Position numbers and translations under genes: made by a program
In this document: in pieces, positions 60,547 through 64,000 of the stretch
How positions within the stretch are numbered: the first letter of the stretch is position 1
How the letters are laid out: the number at the start of each line of letters is the position of its first letter
Source of the DNA: Candidatus Poribacteria bacterium
GTDB taxonomy: Bacteria; Poribacteria; WGA-4E; WGA-3G
Assembly: GCA_965242965.1 (NCBI GenBank)
Contig: OZ251518.1
Coordinates: forward strand, 4,160,001-4,224,000
DNA: 64,000 nt
Direction of reading: 5' to 3'
The notes under the pieces: model-generated
What the model was told of the DNA's origin: nothing
Databases searched by the model: none
Seen by the model: only the letters and a program-made list of their open reading frames with translations

Positions 60547-60698
60547 TTTTTACTCACAACACGGCAGCAAAACGCAAACCGCGAAACGTGAAAAAAGGAG
60601 CAATTGACAATGAGACCAGGAGGGCTCGCCTACCCGGAAGAAATCGAGATATGAAACACCCGCAAAATAGGTTACCTAGTTGAAGAGGAAACAACAAC

Positions 60699-62486
60699 AT
60701 GCAAACAGAAACCAAAGTTCACCACCCACCAGACGAACAGCATATCCTGCTCACTAGCCTTGGCAGGAATGCCATTGAAACGGAATACAAATGGCAAGGA
60801 GACCGGAAAATTACCGCATCTCTCACACCACTTGCATTAGTGCAGTTTCTCCAAGCGGAGGAACGTCCTAATCGCGTTGTCACGTTGGTTACGGAAAAGG
60901 CTCAGCGAGACACATGGCCAATCTTTCAGGAGGGGATACTCGAGGTTCTTGGAGTTACCCCGGAAATGGTTGAGATTTCTATCGGCAGTACCGACGATGA
61001 AATCCGCCAGATTCTTGCGGCTGTCGCCAGCAAAATTCCCGCAGGCGCGCAACTCACACTTGATGTGACGCAGGGGCTCCGCCATTTTCCGTTCATCTTT
61101 TACGCGCTGGCGCTTTACCTGAAATCGCTGCGCGGTGTCAAGGTGCGCGGAGTCTACTACGGCATGGTAGATGCATTTCCAAAAGAGGCACCCAAACCGA
61201 TTATTGACTTGCAACCGCTATTGGCATTGCCGGAGTGGTTTCATGCGGTGCGGATGTTCCGGGAACACGGGACAACCTCGCCGATAGCAGAACTGCTTCA
61301 ACCTCTCGCGCCGAGGCTTCGGCAAGAAAAACCGGAACTGTTTGACTCCGGTGACAGGGATGCCAGGCGCGAACGAGATCAGTTAGCAAGGCAAGTTGAA
61401 CGGGCTGTTGATGCATTGGAAAAATACGCGTTTGCTTATGAATCTGCCTTACCTCTCGAATTGGGAGCTGCCAGCGGGGAACTCAGCACTCGTATTGAAA
61501 CACTTGCCACGCTCAACATCCCAGGGACTCCACCCCTCGCTACGGAATTAGCGACGGCGGTTACCGAGGCAGCCGAAGAGACTGTCTTTGCAGTGCACCC
61601 TGGGAGAAAAGGGAATTGGAAAACGCGAGTGCCTTTGGACGAAAATGAGTTAGTCCGCCAAGCGCGTATGATTGACAGGTATCTGGCGCGCGAACAATTG
61701 CCATTGGCGTTTGGCTTGATGCGTGAATGGGTAGTCTCTTGGGCCATCTTTCAATCGGACGAGCCAACCGAGCGATGGTTGGATAACGGAAGCCGCCGAC
61801 GCTACGAGCAACGCCTGGGCGCGCTCGGCGAATTCGCGAGGAATCCAGCGTTTCGAGACATCATCACGCCAGCACAGCAGGTTTTTGGCACCTTCTGGCA
61901 TCGGTTGACAAACCAACTCCGCAACGCATTACATCACCATGGAATGCGCGAAGAAGTTGTCAAACAGCCGCTTCCCTCGCTTCAAGAGGTGCAAGAATTC
62001 TGGAATCGACTGAAAGAAATGGACATGGAATTGCCCACGTTGGGTGGTGGTAAAGGCACGTTGCTACTTTCGCCACAAGGGACACGGCATGGCGTGTTGT
62101 TCTCTGCACTAAAAGTCGCAAAACCTGATACCTGCGTTGTTATTTGTTCGGCGGCGACAGCAGGCAGCATTCAGGAAGCAGCCAAACGCGCGGGGTTTGA
62201 GGGTAAGATTGAAAAAATTGAATTGGCAGAACCGCACGGTGGCTATGCCGAAATCGCGCAGGCGGTAGCACAAGCACGGGAGGAACTGTTGAATGCCGAT
62301 GCCGTTGTCGCCAACCTGACAGGCGGCACGACGCTGATGGGCATAGTCGTCCAGCAGATGACAGAAGAGGCGAGCAAGTTGGGTCGCGATGTCCGCCGTT
62401 TCGCCCTGGTCGATCGCAGGCCACCAGTCGAGCAAGATAACAACCCGTTTGTGCAAGGGGAGGCATACTGGCTGGATACAACCTGA
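60699..62486 (+). CDS. csx1: CRISPR-associated CARF-HEPN ribonuclease (Csx1/TM1812-like) with an extra C-terminal CARF-like domain
   Basis: LLTSLG...LDVTQGLRHFP (CARF DxTxG), RNALHH (HEPN RxxxxH), C-terminal LLLSPQG...VVANLTGGT (second CARF-like domain). Confidence 0.85.
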   Translation: MQTETKVHHPPDEQHILLTSLGRNAIETEYKWQGDRKITASLTPLALVQFLQAEERPNRVVTLVTEKAQRDTWPIFQEGILEVLGVTPEMVEISIGSTDDEIRQILAAVASKIPAGAQLTLDVTQGLRHFPFIFYALALYLKSLRGVKVRGVYYGMVDAFPKEAPKPIIDLQPLLALPEWFHAVRMFREHGTTSPIAELLQPLAPRLRQEKPELFDSGDRDARRERDQLARQVERAVDALEKYAFAYESALPLELGAASGELSTRIETLATLNIPGTPPLATELATAVTEAAEETVFAVHPGRKGNWKTRVPLDENELVRQARMIDRYLAREQLPLAFGLMREWVVSWAIFQSDEPTERWLDNGSRRRYEQRLGALGEFARNPAFRDIITPAQQVFGTFWHRLTNQLRNALHHHGMREEVVKQPLPSLQEVQEFWNRLKEMDMELPTLGGGKGTLLLSPQGTRHGVLFSALKVAKPDTCVVICSAATAGSIQEAAKRAGFEGKIEKIELAEPHGGYAEIAQAVAQAREELLNADAVVANLTGGTTLMGIVVQQMTEEASKLGRDVRRFALVDRRPPVEQDNNPFVQGEAYWLDTT

Positions 62487-62494
62487 AAAAAAGT

Positions 62495-62649
62495 TTGACA
62501 AAAATGCGAGATGATGTTAAACTTTATGCATCAATTGGAGAAAGTCTCAAGAAAGTTGAGACGCGCAGCCTCGGTGGCAGGGAATCAAAACCATTAAACC
62601 ATAAAACCGCCCCCAAATATTGACAAAAAATGCGGCATAATGTTAAACT
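62495..62649 (+). promoter_or_regulatory. Two tandem near-identical sigma70 promoters upstream of cas10
   Basis: TTGACAAAAATGCGAGATGATGTTAAACT (62495-62523) and TTGACAAAAAATGCGGCATAATGTTAAACT (62620-62649). Confidence 0.7.
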
Positions 62650-62718
62650 AGAAGGGAACATTCTTAGCGTGACATATTGGGCAGAACCACTAGAAACAAC
62701 AAAGCATCAGAGGGGTTT

Positions 62719-64000
62719 ATGACACGAGACTGGAAAACCGGTAAACCTATTGAGGAAGCACGGCATCGGTGGAAAGATCTGATTCTTGACGATGCTTTCG
62801 GCATCACGCAGGCGGACTGGGACACCGTCATTGAGCAAACCGCTGCGCACATTCGGCGTTGGGATGCATTCAACATTGCCGAACGGATTGCTTGCATGGT
62901 GGAGTTGCTCGCGCCGCCGCTCCAAAGGTTATGGCAAGGAAAAGAGGGCGAAGTGCCGTTCCGATGGCTACCGTGCCGTTCGCTCCCTGGCGCGACTGTG
63001 GCGGACCACGGGTTGACTGCCGCCGCCATCGCATATTGCCTCGGTTACGATAACGGCTTCCGGTCTGATACTGAAACGTTGGACCTGCTCCGTCTCTCTG
63101 CACTGACAGCGACATGGCAAGACGATGGACTCGGCGAAGTCTACGACGCGGTCTGGAACGGACTCTTCCCCATCGCGCCAAACGCAACCGGTGACACGTT
63201 AGCACAAATCGTGCATCTGGCGAAAACTGCCGCTGCTGAACGCCTATGCTTTATCAATTCACACTGGCAGGCTCCGAACGCCGAAGAAATTAATGATGCG
63301 CTTGAAACTATCCTCGGCACCGCCGCTTTTGCGTCGCACCCGCTCAAACAAGAGAACGGGTTAACCCAAAAGCAAATCGGTTTGGTGCTTGGCGGTGCCA
63401 CGAAGATAAAAGCCTATTTCCTTGAATCAGCGAAACTGCCGGAAATTCGCGGGGCGAGTGCACTGCTAGACAGACTGAATCTAGAAGATATTCCAGCCCT
63501 CTTTGGACAAGATATCCGCGGCGACGCGCCAAGAACTGAACGTCTACGTAACGCGTTTTGTGAACGGACAGGGCACCGGTTGTCGGCACCCGAATGTATC
63601 ATCTATGTAGCCGGTGGGAACACGCTTGCGTTTACCCCGGTTTCTGTCGTTCACCAGATTGCCGATGAAATGGAGCGGCTTTACAGCCAAGAAACGCTTG
63701 TCGCTAACAGCGTTGCTGTCGGTGAATGTTTTGATTTGCTTGAATTGCAATATGGTTTGAACCCGGCGCAGTTTTGGCTTGAAGAGTTCGCCCAAGCGTG
63801 CGAAAACCCGAAAACTACGGCACTGATGCAGCACGCTTACGGCGGCAAAGCGGCGACAGATTTTCTCAGCAAGAAGTGTTTCGGCGAGTTAACGACGAAG
63901 TTGGCACGCGCGCAATTCCATCGCCGAGAAGGGAACCCAACGCCACATCGCACCACACAGCGCAATCTACCGACATCCGTTGAACTCGTTTCTTATCAGG
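62719..64000 (+). CDS. cas10: Type III Cas10 (Cmr2-like), 5' part, runs off window
   Basis: Manual translation from ATG 62719 is open to the window end: ...TVADHGLTAAAIA...IGLVLGGATKIKAYFLESAKLPEIRGASALLDRLNLED...IIYVAGGN. This resembles the Palm-1 region of Cmr2/Cas10 (III-B variant/III-C-like). Confidence 0.85.
   Translation, partial: MTRDWKTGKPIEEARHRWKDLILDDAFGITQADWDTVIEQTAAHIRRWDAFNIAERIACMVELLAPPLQRLWQGKEGEVPFRWLPCRSLPGATVADHGLTAAAIAYCLGYDNGFRSDTETLDLLRLSALTATWQDDGLGEVYDAVWNGLFPIAPNATGDTLAQIVHLAKTAAAERLCFINSHWQAPNAEEINDALETILGTAAFASHPLKQENGLTQKQIGLVLGGATKIKAYFLESAKLPEIRGASALLDRLNLEDIPALFGQDIRGDAPRTERLRNAFCERTGHRLSAPECIIYVAGGNTLAFTPVSVVHQIADEMERLYSQETLVANSVAVGECFDLLELQYGLNPAQFWLEEFAQACENPKTTALMQHAYGGKAATDFLSKKCFGELTTKLARAQFHRREGNPTPHRTTQRNLPTSVELVSYQ

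Noticed and set aside
1-64000. rRNA, tRNA, transposase, integrase or reverse transcriptase genes
   Set aside because: None recognised by eye; a tRNAscan/HMM run would be needed to exclude them formally.

Overview
This window is bacterial chromosomal DNA with GC-rich coding regions and AT-rich promoter regions. By inference it comes from a Candidatus Poribacteria-like sponge symbiont, judging from expanded secreted LamG proteins ending in ...GKLxTTWG..K, dockerin-like proteins, PhyH, sulfatase and LarA-family genes. It holds about 45 CDS: housekeeping genes (glgC, glgP, hisB, queC, fdhD, kdsB, pyrG), transporters, secreted proteins, a methyltransferase-endonuclease fusion and a toxin-antitoxin pair. 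At the right end lies a type III CRISPR locus: a cas2 remnant, an 18-repeat array, a CARF-HEPN-CARF effector and a truncated cas10. The most notable signals are: (1) two homologous, covarying ~230-nt structured RNA elements (~293-528 and ~34865-35092), each in a long leader of a secreted-protein gene; (2) MITE-like elements with 15-bp terminal inverted repeats and 8-11 bp target-site duplications, carrying shuffled GTAG-REP hairpin modules that also supply stop codons and in-frame peptides to genes; (3) a shared C-terminal motif on five signal-peptide proteins that may be a sorting signal; (4) CRISPR spacers that read as protein only on their antisense strand, two of them hitting overlapping sites in one sigma-factor-like gene. 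All calls were made by eye; no database searches were run.
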